Shown: positions 30,232 to 40,030 of the stretch, piece by piece
Numbering within the stretch: the stretch's first letter is position 1
How the letters are laid out: each line of letters opens with the position of its first letter
Source of the DNA: Bacillota bacterium
Lineage (GTDB): Bacteria > Bacillota > Clostridia > Christensenellales > Aristaeellaceae
Direction: 5' to 3'
Assembly: GCA_963169565.1 (NCBI GenBank)
Contig: CAUJDI010000045.1
Location: 13,277 to 77,276, forward strand
DNA: 64,000 nucleotides
The notes under the pieces: model-generated
What the model was told of the DNA's origin: nothing
Databases searched by the model: none
The model's input: only the letters and a program-made list of their open reading frames with translations
Position numbers and translations under genes: made by a program

Positions 30232-31986
30232 CTAATCAACCATCGACAGCCTGTGGGTCAGAAAACGCAGCAGGATGCGGGCGACGCGACCGCCCTGGAT
30301 CTGGTAGTTCAGGATGGTGGACGTTCCGTCCCCGCTGCCCACGTACACATACTCCAGCAGGCCGGTGAGCGGATCGTCGGATGCGACGGTATAGCGCGCA
30401 TAGCCTTGCGCGATGTCATAGTAAATGCCCCGGCTCCCCCGATCGTTGGGCAGCTGACCCATATCGCGGAATTTGGCCGTGACGTCGGACAAGGACATGC
30501 CCACCTGGCTGCCGCGGGGGCCTTTCATATCGGCGCCGGATGTGTCGATGTGGTAGAGCATATCCCCGTCCTCGCCCCTGAAGAAGCGCGCCTCGCCCCA
30601 GGGATAGGTCAGTAGGGTGGCGGCGCCCGAAACGGCGTCGTCCTCGATCTGCGCCGTGGTGACCGGCTCCCCCATTTTTCTGATAAAATCATCTTTTGAG
30701 GTCTTCAGCAGCGCCAACCCATCAAAGCCGTCGTCCTCAGCGCGGAAGTATTTCTTGAACCCTGCGCTGATCTTGTATTCCACGACCATCTCATTGGAGA
30801 TCTTGCCGTAGCGGTTCACGGCGATCGCCCTGAGCAGCACGCGCCCGCCGGGCAGCAGGATCGGGTCGCCCTTGTACCGCGGCGAGTCCAGGGTTGGTTT
30901 TGATCCGTCGATGGTATAGTACAGCTCGACGTTCTTGTCCTCCTCATCCACAACCCGCAGGGATACGCGGATCGGGCGTTCATAGGTCTTTGACGCCATG
31001 TTGGCCTTGGGCGCCATGGGTGTGGGCAGCGTGATGGTATAACGGATGGACATCTCGTCGCTGACCAGACGGCTTGAGACCGTCACTGCGCGGAAATTGT
31101 ACGTCCCCTCGTTGAGGGTGATCGGTCCGGTATACAGCGTCCCCGTCTCGGGCAGCGGCCCGTCCCCGGAGGTGTAGTAGATTTCATATCCCTGGGAGGA
31201 GAGGAACTCCACGTTCTTGGAATACATATGCCGCCCGGACGGCAGCGAAGCGGTGGGGGGAAGCGGCACCAGCTGCGAGCGCTGGTTCTGGAAGGCCTCG
31301 TCGCCGGTATTCTCATACGCCAGCCTCATCAGCTCGACCGCCTCAAACACCCGTTCCTGGGAGAGCAGGATGCTGATGGCGAGGCGGTAGGCGATCGGGT
31401 TGTTCTGGTCATATTCGCTGTAGATCCGTGTGTACGTCCGCTCGGCCTTGTCCATCTGGTCGGCCGCTTCATAGGCTTCCGCCAGCAGGAGCAGCTTCTC
31501 TCCCAGGTCTTTCCGCTCCGGGTCCGCTTTCTCCGCTTTCAGGTAGGTTTCTACAGCGCGGCTGATGTAGCCCTGATCAAGGTACTCCATGCCAAGCGCC
31601 CAATAGGCGTCCGAGCTGGCCTCCCGGCCCATGCGCGCCATCACCAGCTGCCCCTGGGGCGTCAACCGCAGCCAGATAAAAGCGCCAGCGGCCAGCAGCA
31701 GCATCACCGCCAGGGAAAAGATCCCGACCTTGACCCAGTTGATCCGTCTGCTCTGGTAGGTGTCCTTCCGGGTCAGGCGGCTTCGGCGCATGCGGCGCTT
31801 TCGCCGCGGCTTGCCCGCCGCATGCTTGCGCGGCTGCAGCCGCGCTGACCAGGACCGGTCCATCTGCTCCAGCAGCGCCGGATCCGCAGGTTCCGCCTCA
31901 GCGGGCTCAGCCCCCATGTACAGCCCGCAATACGGGCAGACCCTCGTGGGCGTATCGGATTCCCTGGAACAATTCCTGCATTTCAT
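30232..31986 (-). CDS. membrane-anchored Zn-ribbon / TPR / tandem chitobiase-C-like (Ig-fold) domain protein, function unknown
   Basis: N-terminal CRNC...CPYC zinc ribbon, a basic stretch, one TM segment (INWVKVGIFSLAVMLLLAAGAFIWL), a TPR-like region, and two repeats of the Y.GPI.L...A pattern (LYTGPITLNEGTYNFRAV; YKGDPILLPGGRVLLRAIAV). Confidence 0.6.
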   Translation of the reverse strand: MKCRNCSRESDTPTRVCPYCGLYMGAEPAEAEPADPALLEQMDRSWSARLQPRKHAAGKPRRKRRMRRSRLTRKDTYQSRRINWVKVGIFSLAVMLLLAAGAFIWLRLTPQGQLVMARMGREASSDAYWALGMEYLDQGYISRAVETYLKAEKADPERKDLGEKLLLLAEAYEAADQMDKAERTYTRIYSEYDQNNPIAYRLAISILLSQERVFEAVELMRLAYENTGDEAFQNQRSQLVPLPPTASLPSGRHMYSKNVEFLSSQGYEIYYTSGDGPLPETGTLYTGPITLNEGTYNFRAVTVSSRLVSDEMSIRYTITLPTPMAPKANMASKTYERPIRVSLRVVDEEDKNVELYYTIDGSKPTLDSPRYKGDPILLPGGRVLLRAIAVNRYGKISNEMVVEYKISAGFKKYFRAEDDGFDGLALLKTSKDDFIRKMGEPVTTAQIEDDAVSGAATLLTYPWGEARFFRGEDGDMLYHIDTSGADMKGPRGSQVGMSLSDVTAKFRDMGQLPNDRGSRGIYYDIAQGYARYTVASDDPLTGLLEYVYVGSGDGTSTILNYQIQGGRVARILLRFLTHRLSMVD

Positions 31987-31998
31987 CACTTTTGCCGC

Positions 31999-32823
31999 TC
32001 ACATCAGGCCGCGCAGCGCTTCATACTCAGGATCATCTGAAAAGGCCCTGTCCGGAGCCTCCCCGCCGAGGGTCTCAATGGCCGCGCGCAGTTCGATATA
32101 GTCAAAATACCTAAGGCCCTCTTCCTCGGCGCGGGCAGTCAGCAGCGGCAGCGCCCGGGCATCGCCGAACCGGCCCAGAAAGGCAGAGAGCGTGGCCTGA
32201 CGCTCAGGGCATGCTTCAAACAGGCGGATCAGCGCCTCATACACCCCCGGGCAGCCCGGAAAGCGGCTGAGGACGCCCAGCAGCGCCTCTCGTCCCGCAT
32301 CTACGGCCTCACCAAGCGCGTCCAGCATGAACGGGACCGCTTCCTCCCCCATCTCCTCAAGGCTTTCCAACGCTCGGTCCGCCAGTTCGTCCTCATCCCC
32401 CCGCATCTGCTGCCAGGATACATATAGCTGAAGCGGCAGGCGGCTGCCGATCTGCTGAAGCAGATGGATGCACAGCATTCTGGCTTCATTTCCGGCTGTC
32501 TCATCCTGCAGCAGGTCATACAAGGGCCCTTCCGCCTTCATGCCCAGCTCCCCGATGCTGTCCAGGAGCAGTTCAGGCACGGGGATCCCGGCGTCCAGGT
32601 ATTCCGCCATGGCTTCCACAAGGCTTTGGGGCCCGGGGAAGGCGCTGAAATAGTCACAGGGAATGGCGCCGTCCATCCAGGCTGCGGGAGTATGCAGAAA
32701 CTGTTCATACAGTTCCGGCATCAGGGTTTCCACTTCACGGATGTCCTGGTACTTTTCACTGTTGTCTTCCAGCCAGGCGCGCAGAAAGGCAGTAAATTGG
32801 CCGTCAAAATCAATCAGTTCCAA
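31999..32823 (-). CDS. hypothetical protein with HEAT-like repeats
   Basis: 274 aa acidic helical protein with GDARALPLL-type HEAT-like repeats. TTG start after GGAGAAACG; overlaps the hslO end by 14 nt. Confidence 0.5.
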   Translation of the reverse strand: MELIDFDGQFTAFLRAWLEDNSEKYQDIREVETLMPELYEQFLHTPAAWMDGAIPCDYFSAFPGPQSLVEAMAEYLDAGIPVPELLLDSIGELGMKAEGPLYDLLQDETAGNEARMLCIHLLQQIGSRLPLQLYVSWQQMRGDEDELADRALESLEEMGEEAVPFMLDALGEAVDAGREALLGVLSRFPGCPGVYEALIRLFEACPERQATLSAFLGRFGDARALPLLTARAEEEGLRYFDYIELRAAIETLGGEAPDRAFSDDPEYEALRGLM

Positions 32824-33724
32824 GCATCGTTTCTCCTCTCAGCAATGCGCCGATGTCCGCGGCGTCAAACTCCCTCACTGTCCTGCAGAAATGACAGGTC
32901 ATCCGGGCGGGTTCGCCGGAATCCCTCATTTCTTCAAGCTCTTTCCGGTTCAGCGCGCTCAATGCCCGCAGCATTTTCATCCGGCTGCAGTCGCACCGCA
33001 ATTCCAGGGGATCCTCCGCCAGGAAAACCGGATTCATGTCACGCAGCCAAGCTTCCGCCAGTCCCCTGATCGGGCGGTCGTAGATCTCCCGGCTGATGTT
33101 GGCGAAGAAGGGGATGCGGTTCTCCAGGTTGTCCAGCGTGGCCGCGCTGCAGCCCGGCATCGCCTGGATGAGCATGCCGCCGGATGACAGGACCGTTCCT
33201 GCCCCGTTCAGGCAGCCGAGGGCCACCAGGGACGGGATCTGCTCGGACAGGGTGAAATAGCTGGCAAAATCCTCACCGAGTTCGCCTGAGACCAGGTTGC
33301 TCAAAGAGGTGAAGGGTTCGCCCGCGCCGTAATCCTTGACGACAGCCAGCTGGCCGCGCCGCCCGACAAAGCCCGCGACATCCAGTTTTCCGTCCGGAAG
33401 CGGCGGCAGTTCCGCCTGGGGGTTCGCCACCGCGATCTTTAGCCGGCCCGCCTGAACGCCGCAGGTCATCCTGCCGCCTGCGCCATCCCCGGATACCGTG
33501 ACAGTCAGCCTCCCGTTCTGTTCCTTCAACAGTGCGCCGGTCATCGCGCAGGCCGCCAGCAAGCGCCCGATCGCGGCGGCGGCCGTGTCGCTGGCCATAT
33601 GGATGTCCGCCGCTTCCTGCGCCATGCGGGTCGTGCGGACCATCAGCACACGCGCCTCCCCGTCCCTCAGGGTCAACCTCAGCAGGCTGTCCGGATCCTT
33701 ATAAATCAGCTGATCATTCGTCAT
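32810..33724 (-). CDS. hslO: redox-regulated chaperone Hsp33
   Basis: C-terminal zinc centre CDCS...CHFC and Hsp33 length. Start is the ATG at 33724, in an ATGA overlap with the upstream methyltransferase stop. The track ORF starts at TTG 33754. Confidence 0.88.
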   Translation of the reverse strand: MTNDQLIYKDPDSLLRLTLRDGEARVLMVRTTRMAQEAADIHMASDTAAAAIGRLLAACAMTGALLKEQNGRLTVTVSGDGAGGRMTCGVQAGRLKIAVANPQAELPPLPDGKLDVAGFVGRRGQLAVVKDYGAGEPFTSLSNLVSGELGEDFASYFTLSEQIPSLVALGCLNGAGTVLSSGGMLIQAMPGCSAATLDNLENRIPFFANISREIYDRPIRGLAEAWLRDMNPVFLAEDPLELRCDCSRMKMLRALSALNRKELEEMRDSGEPARMTCHFCRTVREFDAADIGALLRGETMLGTD

Positions 33725-34476
33725 CCGTTCACGTCTTTCGGTTTCTCCGCGCAAAAGTGCAGCCGCTGCCCCTTGTGGGCGGAAGGCGAAAAATCCCGCC
33801 CGATGTCACAGCGGATGGATGAAAAGCCTTCCGCTCTCAACGCCCTGATGATCTCTTCCTTCTCCCAGGCGCGCTGTGTCTGCGTCTCCTCGATCAGGTC
33901 CCATGCGCCGTCAAATCGCATTATGAAGATGGAAAGCTGCATCAAAAGGCGCCGGCTGCGCCCGTTCCATCTGTTCTCCCAGAAGTAACAGATATCCTTT
34001 TCCTTTTGGATGCGCGGCCTGTCACCCAAAACCTTCGTGAGCTTTTGGGCGGAGGAGATATCAAAGGCGATGGCGCCGCCGGGTTTCAGGACGCTGTTCG
34101 CTGTCCGCAAAAAGCGCCGAAGATCCCCCTCACCGAGGAGGTAGTTGACACCGTCGCAGGCGCTGATGACAGCATCCACCGGGCGGTGCGCCTGAAGGCA
34201 TCTCATGTCCTGGCAGAGAAAATTCAGGTCAAGCCCCTGCCCTCGCGCCTTATCGGCTGCGAGGGTGAGCATCTCACCGGACAGGTCTCCGGGCAGTACC
34301 CGGTAACGCCTGGCCAGGCGCACTGTCATGCTGCCCGTCCCGCAGGCGGCTTCCAGCACAGTCCCCATTTCCGGCACGCCGGATGCGGAGAGGAGCCCGT
34401 GATAGAACTCCGCCCAGGCATCATAGTCCACGTCGGCCATCAGACGGTCATAGACGCGGGCAAAGTCACCGTACAT
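33721..34476 (-). CDS. class I SAM-dependent methyltransferase
   Basis: MYGDFARVYD... and motif I LEAACGTGS. Start at Met79 of the track ORF (34476), 1 nt after the upstream stop. The upstream part of the track ORF overlaps the DUF624 gene. Confidence 0.8.
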   Translation of the reverse strand: MYGDFARVYDRLMADVDYDAWAEFYHGLLSASGVPEMGTVLEAACGTGSMTVRLARRYRVLPGDLSGEMLTLAADKARGQGLDLNFLCQDMRCLQAHRPVDAVISACDGVNYLLGEGDLRRFLRTANSVLKPGGAIAFDISSAQKLTKVLGDRPRIQKEKDICYFWENRWNGRSRRLLMQLSIFIMRFDGAWDLIEETQTQRAWEKEEIIRALRAEGFSSIRCDIGRDFSPSAHKGQRLHFCAEKPKDVNG

Positions 34477-34477
34477 G

Positions 34478-35461
34478 TCAGGCGTTCCCGTCTCCGGTCT
34501 GCTCTGCCTGTTCCTCTTCCTCCTCATCATCCTCCTCGGCAAGGCCGCGGTTGACCGGCGCGCCGGGGATGCGGGTGTTGATGAAGCGGTCAAACACGGC
34601 GTTTGACAGGGAGGCGTAGACAAACCGCGCCAGGGCGTTCCCGATGAGCAGATAATACCCGCAAAGCGCCATGAGCGCGTACATCGCATAAGGGGTGAAG
34701 AAGGCGGCAAGGCCCGCGATGAGGGCGGGTACGAGCATCAGAAGGCGCATGCCCGCCGCATGCGGAAGGCGGCCGACCGCCAGTAGAAGCCCGTTGCGAA
34801 GCAGGGTGCCAAAGCCCATCCGGTAGGACACCATCATGGGATAGATGAAGGCAAGCGCCAGCATCCAAACCAGGCCCAGCATCAGGGTCAGCATCTGCGG
34901 GACGACAAAGAAAGCGCTCTGGGTTGCCATGCTGCCGTAGAACTGATAACACACCAGCACCACCAGCGGCATCACCCCCGTGATCGCTGACACGCCCAGC
35001 GCCTGCTTCCAGTTCTCCTTGACGGCGTCCTTAAAGTCCGACCACACAAAAGCATGCTCATCCCGTGCCCAGTTGCGCGTCACGTAGGCCATGCCGGCCT
35101 GGACCGGCCCGGTGATCAGGATACAGGGAATGAGCATCACAAGCGCGGAGAACAGGATGCTGTAGATCACCTCCGGGCTGTTCCTGACAAGTTCCAGCGT
35201 CTGTTCGCTTCCGGCTTGCGCGGTGATGGCCTCGGACAGCGTGAGCAGGTGGTCAAAAAGCGTGTTGGACAGGATGATGAACACGTACACAATCGGCAGG
35301 AAAGCGACGGCCGTCATCAGATTCAGCCGGACGAGCCCGGACAAACGGATGCGCAGCATCTCAAAAAACAGCTGCCTGCGGTTTTTCGGCAGATCGTCCC
35401 GTTTATAGTCGCCCTTTCCGCTCTTGCCGTAGTAGTAATTATTCATCAGTTTTCCGAACAC
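34478..35461 (-). CDS. YesL/DUF624 family membrane protein with acidic C-terminal tail
   Basis: YYYGKSGKG...RQLFFEMLRIRLSGLVRLNL, multiple TM segments, tail EEDDEEEEEQAEQ. GTG at 35461 lies 7 nt after GGAGGG; TTG at 35467 is directly adjacent to the RBS. Confidence 0.7.
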   Translation of the reverse strand: MFGKLMNNYYYGKSGKGDYKRDDLPKNRRQLFFEMLRIRLSGLVRLNLMTAVAFLPIVYVFIILSNTLFDHLLTLSEAITAQAGSEQTLELVRNSPEVIYSILFSALVMLIPCILITGPVQAGMAYVTRNWARDEHAFVWSDFKDAVKENWKQALGVSAITGVMPLVVLVCYQFYGSMATQSAFFVVPQMLTLMLGLVWMLALAFIYPMMVSYRMGFGTLLRNGLLLAVGRLPHAAGMRLLMLVPALIAGLAAFFTPYAMYALMALCGYYLLIGNALARFVYASLSNAVFDRFINTRIPGAPVNRGLAEEDDEEEEEQAEQTGDGNA

Positions 35462-35490
35462 GCTCAACCCTCCATTCCATTCCTCACGGC

Positions 35491-35499
35491 ATTATACCA
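35491..35499 (-). promoter_or_regulatory. extended -10 element (TGGTATAAT) for the DUF624-to-ftsH string
   Basis: Minus strand reads TGGTATAAT. A GC-rich hairpin (35506..35539, GCGCCGGCC/GGCCGGCGC) just upstream could terminate the EIIC transcript. Confidence 0.45.
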
Positions 35500-35559
35500 T
35501 ACCAAGCGCCGGCCTTACACCCGCAAGTGCGGCCGGCGCCAAGAGCTTGGCGTATCCTC

Positions 35560-36585
35560 TTATCCCAGGCTCAGCTTCATATCCCCCGGCCTGATCCATC
35601 CGAATCTCCGGAACAGCCGGCTGATTAGAAAGGCCAGCAGCGCCGGGAGAATAAAGTGCGCAAGAAGGATGAGCAGCAGGGACTCCGCCGCGCCAAAGCT
35701 CTCCTTCATGGACGCCCAGGCGGCGAACTGGCCCACCAGACCGCTGGTGCCCATCCCGCCGCCCATGGGATTGTTCGGCATTTTAAACAAGACGGTAGAC
35801 ACGGGGCCCATGATCGCGGAAACGAGGGTGGGCGGAAGCCAGATCAGAGGTTTCCTCATGATGTTGCCAAACTGCAGCATGGACGTGCCCAACCCCTGGC
35901 TCACCAGGCCGCCCAAACCGTTGTCCGGATAGGACTGCACGGCGAAACCGATCATCTGCGCGCAGCAGCCGGCACAGGCCGCGCCGGCCGCAAGGCCTTC
36001 CAGCCCCAGGGAAATGCTGATGGCGGCGGAACTGATGGGCGCGGTCAGCGCCAGGCCCATGACGGACGCGACCAGGATGCCCATGGGCAGCGGGTTCAAC
36101 TCGGTGGCGCGGTTGATGACCCCGCCCAGGCCGTTCATCAGAGCGCTGACCGCGGGGCCGGCCAGCATGCCGGTCAGACCTCCCGCGACGATGGTCAGGG
36201 CGGGGACCAGCACGATGTCCACCGGTGTCTTCCCGGCGATGAGGGAGGAGACCTCAGCCCCGACGACGGATGAAAGATAGGCGCCCACGGGGCCGCCCAG
36301 CTGATATCCGATGGCGCCGCTGACGGCGGAGGAGAAGATGACCAGGGGCCTTGCCTTCAGGCCGTAGGCGACCGCGACGCCGATGGCCGCCCCCACGACA
36401 GGCGAGGAGGCGGAGATCAGGCCCGTAAACTCTTTCAGGAACGACAGAAAGGGGACAGCCGACAACTGGTTGAGGATCAGTCCGATGATCAGCGAGGAGA
36501 ACAGACCCAGCGCCATGTAGCTCATGGCGTCGATGAAATACCGCCTGAAAATGGCATGCAGACTGCCCGAGTGTTTCTTTTCCAT
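35560..36585 (-). CDS. PTS EIIC-like membrane protein (orphan; no EIIA/EIIB nearby)
   Basis: 341 aa, Gly/Ala-rich and polytopic, recognised by eye as the PTS_EIIC_2-type family. Start at Met52 of the track ORF, after GGGAGGCTGT. Confidence 0.6.
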   Translation of the reverse strand: MEKKHSGSLHAIFRRYFIDAMSYMALGLFSSLIIGLILNQLSAVPFLSFLKEFTGLISASSPVVGAAIGVAVAYGLKARPLVIFSSAVSGAIGYQLGGPVGAYLSSVVGAEVSSLIAGKTPVDIVLVPALTIVAGGLTGMLAGPAVSALMNGLGGVINRATELNPLPMGILVASVMGLALTAPISSAAISISLGLEGLAAGAACAGCCAQMIGFAVQSYPDNGLGGLVSQGLGTSMLQFGNIMRKPLIWLPPTLVSAIMGPVSTVLFKMPNNPMGGGMGTSGLVGQFAAWASMKESFGAAESLLLILLAHFILPALLAFLISRLFRRFGWIRPGDMKLSLG

Positions 36586-36703
36586 ACAGCCTCCCGGCAG
36601 GGATCCTGTCCCTGCCATGATCGCCGGGGCGTTTTCGTGCATCAGGGGAACAGAACAGACCGCCTGACACTCCCGGGGATCCGGTCCGGCGGGCCAATCA
36701 GGC

Positions 36704-37738
36704 TCAGCCGGCCAGGAACGCCTCCACCTCATGGACAAAGCGCTCCGGATCCTCCAGGTGCGCGCTGTGAGCGCATCCTTCCATCACCGCTTCGCGGTAC
36801 GTACCGCCGTTGATCCGGTACTTTTCCAGCAGCGCGCGGGTCTGCCCCACCATGGGCTGGGACGGGAAAACGTCCTCGCCCGGATAGCCCGGCACAAGCC
36901 CCAGGCTGCCCAGCACCGCCAGGTCAGACATCGACCGGTCGCTCACCAGCTTGTCCTGATCCCCCCTGATCCACAATACAGGCGGTTTGTGCGGGATGTC
37001 GGCGAACGCCTTCATGTCGGCATACTGGGGCGCCAGGGAGTTGGAGATCCCGCGCTTCCCCGGGAGAACGAAGGGGAACTCGGCGATCGCCCGGTAATCC
37101 CCGGGGTAATAGTCCTCTCCCAGACGGATCTTGAGCAGCTCATCCACATACAGGTCCTGCCATTCCCTGCCCACCGGCCAGCCTGCGGCGAAGAGGGACC
37201 TCTCCAGCACGGACCGCGGGGACATCGGGGAATCGCCCCTGTCCTTTTCCTTGAGCCGTCTGATGAACTCAGGGTTGGCAAACCCGCCCGGGGAGCCCCA
37301 GCCGTCCGCGTCGTACATCTCCCCCTCCAGGCCCCTTGTCCCGCCGAAACCGCAGGGCGACATGGGTGAAAGCAGGAGAAGATGGGTCAGTCGCCGGGAG
37401 TGGTCGATACCGAACCGCCAGGCCACTCCGCCGCCCAGGGACCAGCCCAGCAGCGCGAAGCGGGGGACGTTCAGCGCGTCGGCAAGCGCAGCGACGTCCG
37501 CCGCCCAGTCAGCCAGCGCGGTGGGTGCGTGCACCGGCGTGGCCTCCGTATCGCCAAAGCCGTTGAGGTCCGGCGCGATGACGTCGAAGCGCTCCGCCAG
37601 GGAGGTGATGACCGGAAAAAAGAAAGCGGAGGAAGAGGCGTTGCCGTGGATGAGGAACAGCTTCTTACGGTTCCCTTCACCCATGCGGTAGTAGGCGGTG
37701 TATCGGCTCTTTGTCCTGATGAACGATTTTTGCGTCAT
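36704..37738 (-). CDS. alpha/beta hydrolase
   Basis: HGNASS oxyanion region, nucleophile elbow GWSLGG, then GDQD and a C-terminal AHSAH. Start at Met36 of the track ORF, after GGAGGAG. Confidence 0.8.
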   Translation of the reverse strand: MTQKSFIRTKSRYTAYYRMGEGNRKKLFLIHGNASSSAFFFPVITSLAERFDVIAPDLNGFGDTEATPVHAPTALADWAADVAALADALNVPRFALLGWSLGGGVAWRFGIDHSRRLTHLLLLSPMSPCGFGGTRGLEGEMYDADGWGSPGGFANPEFIRRLKEKDRGDSPMSPRSVLERSLFAAGWPVGREWQDLYVDELLKIRLGEDYYPGDYRAIAEFPFVLPGKRGISNSLAPQYADMKAFADIPHKPPVLWIRGDQDKLVSDRSMSDLAVLGSLGLVPGYPGEDVFPSQPMVGQTRALLEKYRINGGTYREAVMEGCAHSAHLEDPERFVHEVEAFLAG

Positions 37739-37986
37739 TCCGCGCACTCCTCCCTCCCTATGGCGATGTCCGGTTTGAGTATAGGACGCAGCCTGATCGA
37801 TGTCAAACCGGTGTCCCGGGACAGAATCGTCCCGGCCGGTCAAGGCTGTTCATGTATGAAAATCTCACCATTTTTTGTATTCTCCGGTGTTCTGTTTTCG
37901 TGTAAAGAGAATATGGAACATGAATCACCTTTCAGTTTTCCGGAGCGCGAAGTGCGTCTGGGTTGAGGGGAACATAGGAGGGCAGA

Positions 37987-39192
37987 ATGGGCAGAGTATT
38001 CATCGCCGCCGCGCGGCGCACGGCCATCGGGTCTTTCATGGGGGCGCTGGGCGGGACCGGCGCGGCGGAGATGGGCGCGCAGGTCGTCAAGGCGGTCCTG
38101 GATGACGCAAAGGTCAGGCCGGAGCAGGTGGACGAGCTGATCTGCGGCAATATCCTCTCCGCCGGTCTGGGCCAGGGCATTGCCCGGCAGATCGCGGTAA
38201 AGGCCGGCATCCCCGTGGAGGTCTGCGCCTACTCCCTGAACATGCTCTGCGGTTCCGGCATGAAGGCCGTGCTCAATGGCATGGCGGAGATCCGCAGCGG
38301 CGTAGCAGACCTGATCGTCGCCGGCGGGGTGGAGTCCATGACCGGTGCGCCTTACCTGCTGCCCAGGGAGATCCGCAAGGGCATCAGGATGGGTTCCTTC
38401 CAGGCGGAGGACCACATGCTCAAGGACGCGCTCACCGACGTGTTTGACAACGTCCACATGGGCATCACGGCGGAGAACGTCGCCGAGCGCCACCACATCA
38501 CCCGCGAGCAGCAGGACGCCTTCGCGTACACCTCCCAGCAGAAGGCCATCAAGGCTGTGGACGAAGGCGTGTTTGACGAGGAGATCGTGCCGCTGACGGT
38601 CAAGGCAGGCCGGGAAGACGTGGTCTTCAGCCGGGACGAGTATCCCAACCGCGGGACGAACCCGGAAAAGCTGGCCAAACTGCGCCCGGCGTTCAGGAAG
38701 GACGGGACGGTGACAGCGGGCAGCTCCTCCGGCATCAACGACGGCGCTTCATTCGTGCTCCTGGCCAGCGAAAAGGCCGTGAAGGAGCTGGGGCTGACGC
38801 CGATGGCGGAGATCCTGGGCGTCGGCCAGGGCGGGGTGGAGCCCTCCCTGATGGGCCTGGGCCCGGTGCCCGCGGTACGAAAAGCGCTTAAGAACGCAGG
38901 GTTGAAACTGCAGGATATGGAACTGATCGAGCTCAACGAAGCCTTCGCGGCGCAGTCCCTGGGCGTACTGAAAGAGTTGAGCGTGGAACATGGGATGAGC
39001 GAGGAGGCCATCATGGAGAGAACAAATCTCTTCGGCGGCGCCATCGCGCTGGGCCACCCTGTAGGCGCATCGGGCAACCGGATCCTGGTGACGCTGCTCC
39101 ACGGGCTCAGGCGCACCGGACGTACGGTCGGCCTGGCCTCCCTGTGCATCGGGGGCGGCATGGGCACCGCGGTCATTGTCAGGCGCGTTTAG
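37987..39192 (+). CDS. acetyl-CoA C-acetyltransferase (thiolase II)
   Basis: 401 aa. NMLCGSG (nucleophile Cys), GHPVGASG, CIGGGMG. RBS AGGAGGG. Confidence 0.93.
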   Translation: MGRVFIAAARRTAIGSFMGALGGTGAAEMGAQVVKAVLDDAKVRPEQVDELICGNILSAGLGQGIARQIAVKAGIPVEVCAYSLNMLCGSGMKAVLNGMAEIRSGVADLIVAGGVESMTGAPYLLPREIRKGIRMGSFQAEDHMLKDALTDVFDNVHMGITAENVAERHHITREQQDAFAYTSQQKAIKAVDEGVFDEEIVPLTVKAGREDVVFSRDEYPNRGTNPEKLAKLRPAFRKDGTVTAGSSSGINDGASFVLLASEKAVKELGLTPMAEILGVGQGGVEPSLMGLGPVPAVRKALKNAGLKLQDMELIELNEAFAAQSLGVLKELSVEHGMSEEAIMERTNLFGGAIALGHPVGASGNRILVTLLHGLRRTGRTVGLASLCIGGGMGTAVIVRRV

Positions 39193-39275
39193 GGAAACAG
39201 GGGACCCTTTCCCCCGATCTCCCCAATGATATACAGATTCAAATATCACAAGAGCAGGAAAAGGAGACAGGAACC

Positions 39276-39995
39276 ATGAGGCTGGAAGGAAAAGTCGCGA
39301 TCGTCACCGGCGCCGCCAAGGGACTTGGCGCGGAAATGGCGCAGCTGTTTGCCAGGGAAGGCGCGAAGGTCATCGCCGCGGACATGGCGGAACCCGTTTA
39401 TCAGGCTGAAAATGTTGAGTACTGCAAGCTCAATGTGACCGACGGCGCGGCCTGTGAAGCGCTGTTCAACTATGCCAGGGATAAATATGGCCGCATCGAC
39501 GTGCTGGTCAACAACGCCGGAATCACCAAGGACGCCATGACCCGCAAGATGACCGATGAGCAGTGGGACGCGGTCATCGCCGTCAACCTCAAGGGCATCT
39601 TCAACCTCACGCGGCATATCGGGCCCTTTATGCAGCAGCAGGGCAGCGGATCCATCATCAGCATTTCCAGCGTCGTGGGCGTGTACGGCAACATCGGCCA
39701 GGCGAATTATGCCGCGACCAAGTCGGCCATCTTCGGCCTGACCAAGACCTGGGCAAAGGAGTTCTCCCTGAAGGGAGCCGCGGTGCGTGTGAACGCCATC
39801 GCCCCGGGTTATACGATGACGGACATCCTCAAGACCGTTCCCCAGGACCTGCTGGACAAGTTCGCCGCGCAGACCATGCTGGGCCGCCTGGGGCAGCCGC
39901 ATGAGATCGCCAGCGCCGCGCTGTTCCTGGCCAGCGATGAAGCCAGCTACATCACAGGGCAGATCCTTCAGGTGGACGGCGGGATGCGCCTGTAA
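39276..39995 (+). CDS. SDR family 3-oxoacyl / acetoacetyl-CoA reductase-like oxidoreductase
   Basis: TGAAKGLG, NNAG, and S...YAATK catalytic motifs, 239 aa. Start at Met45 of the track ORF, after AAGGAGA. Confidence 0.88.
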   Translation: MRLEGKVAIVTGAAKGLGAEMAQLFAREGAKVIAADMAEPVYQAENVEYCKLNVTDGAACEALFNYARDKYGRIDVLVNNAGITKDAMTRKMTDEQWDAVIAVNLKGIFNLTRHIGPFMQQQGSGSIISISSVVGVYGNIGQANYAATKSAIFGLTKTWAKEFSLKGAAVRVNAIAPGYTMTDILKTVPQDLLDKFAAQTMLGRLGQPHEIASAALFLASDEASYITGQILQVDGGMRL

Positions 39996-40030
39996 GGGAA
40001 AGGCTTGATGACAATCCAAGGAGCGCAGAG

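Noticed and set aside
37852-37970. Small ORFs in the divergent spacer upstream of the thiolase gene (17 aa MYENLTIFCILRCSVFV; 37 aa MKISPFF...), considered as a leader peptide or small protein.
   Set aside because: No RBS precedes either one, no conservation can be assessed, and the longer one is simply the tail of an antisense shadow ORF.
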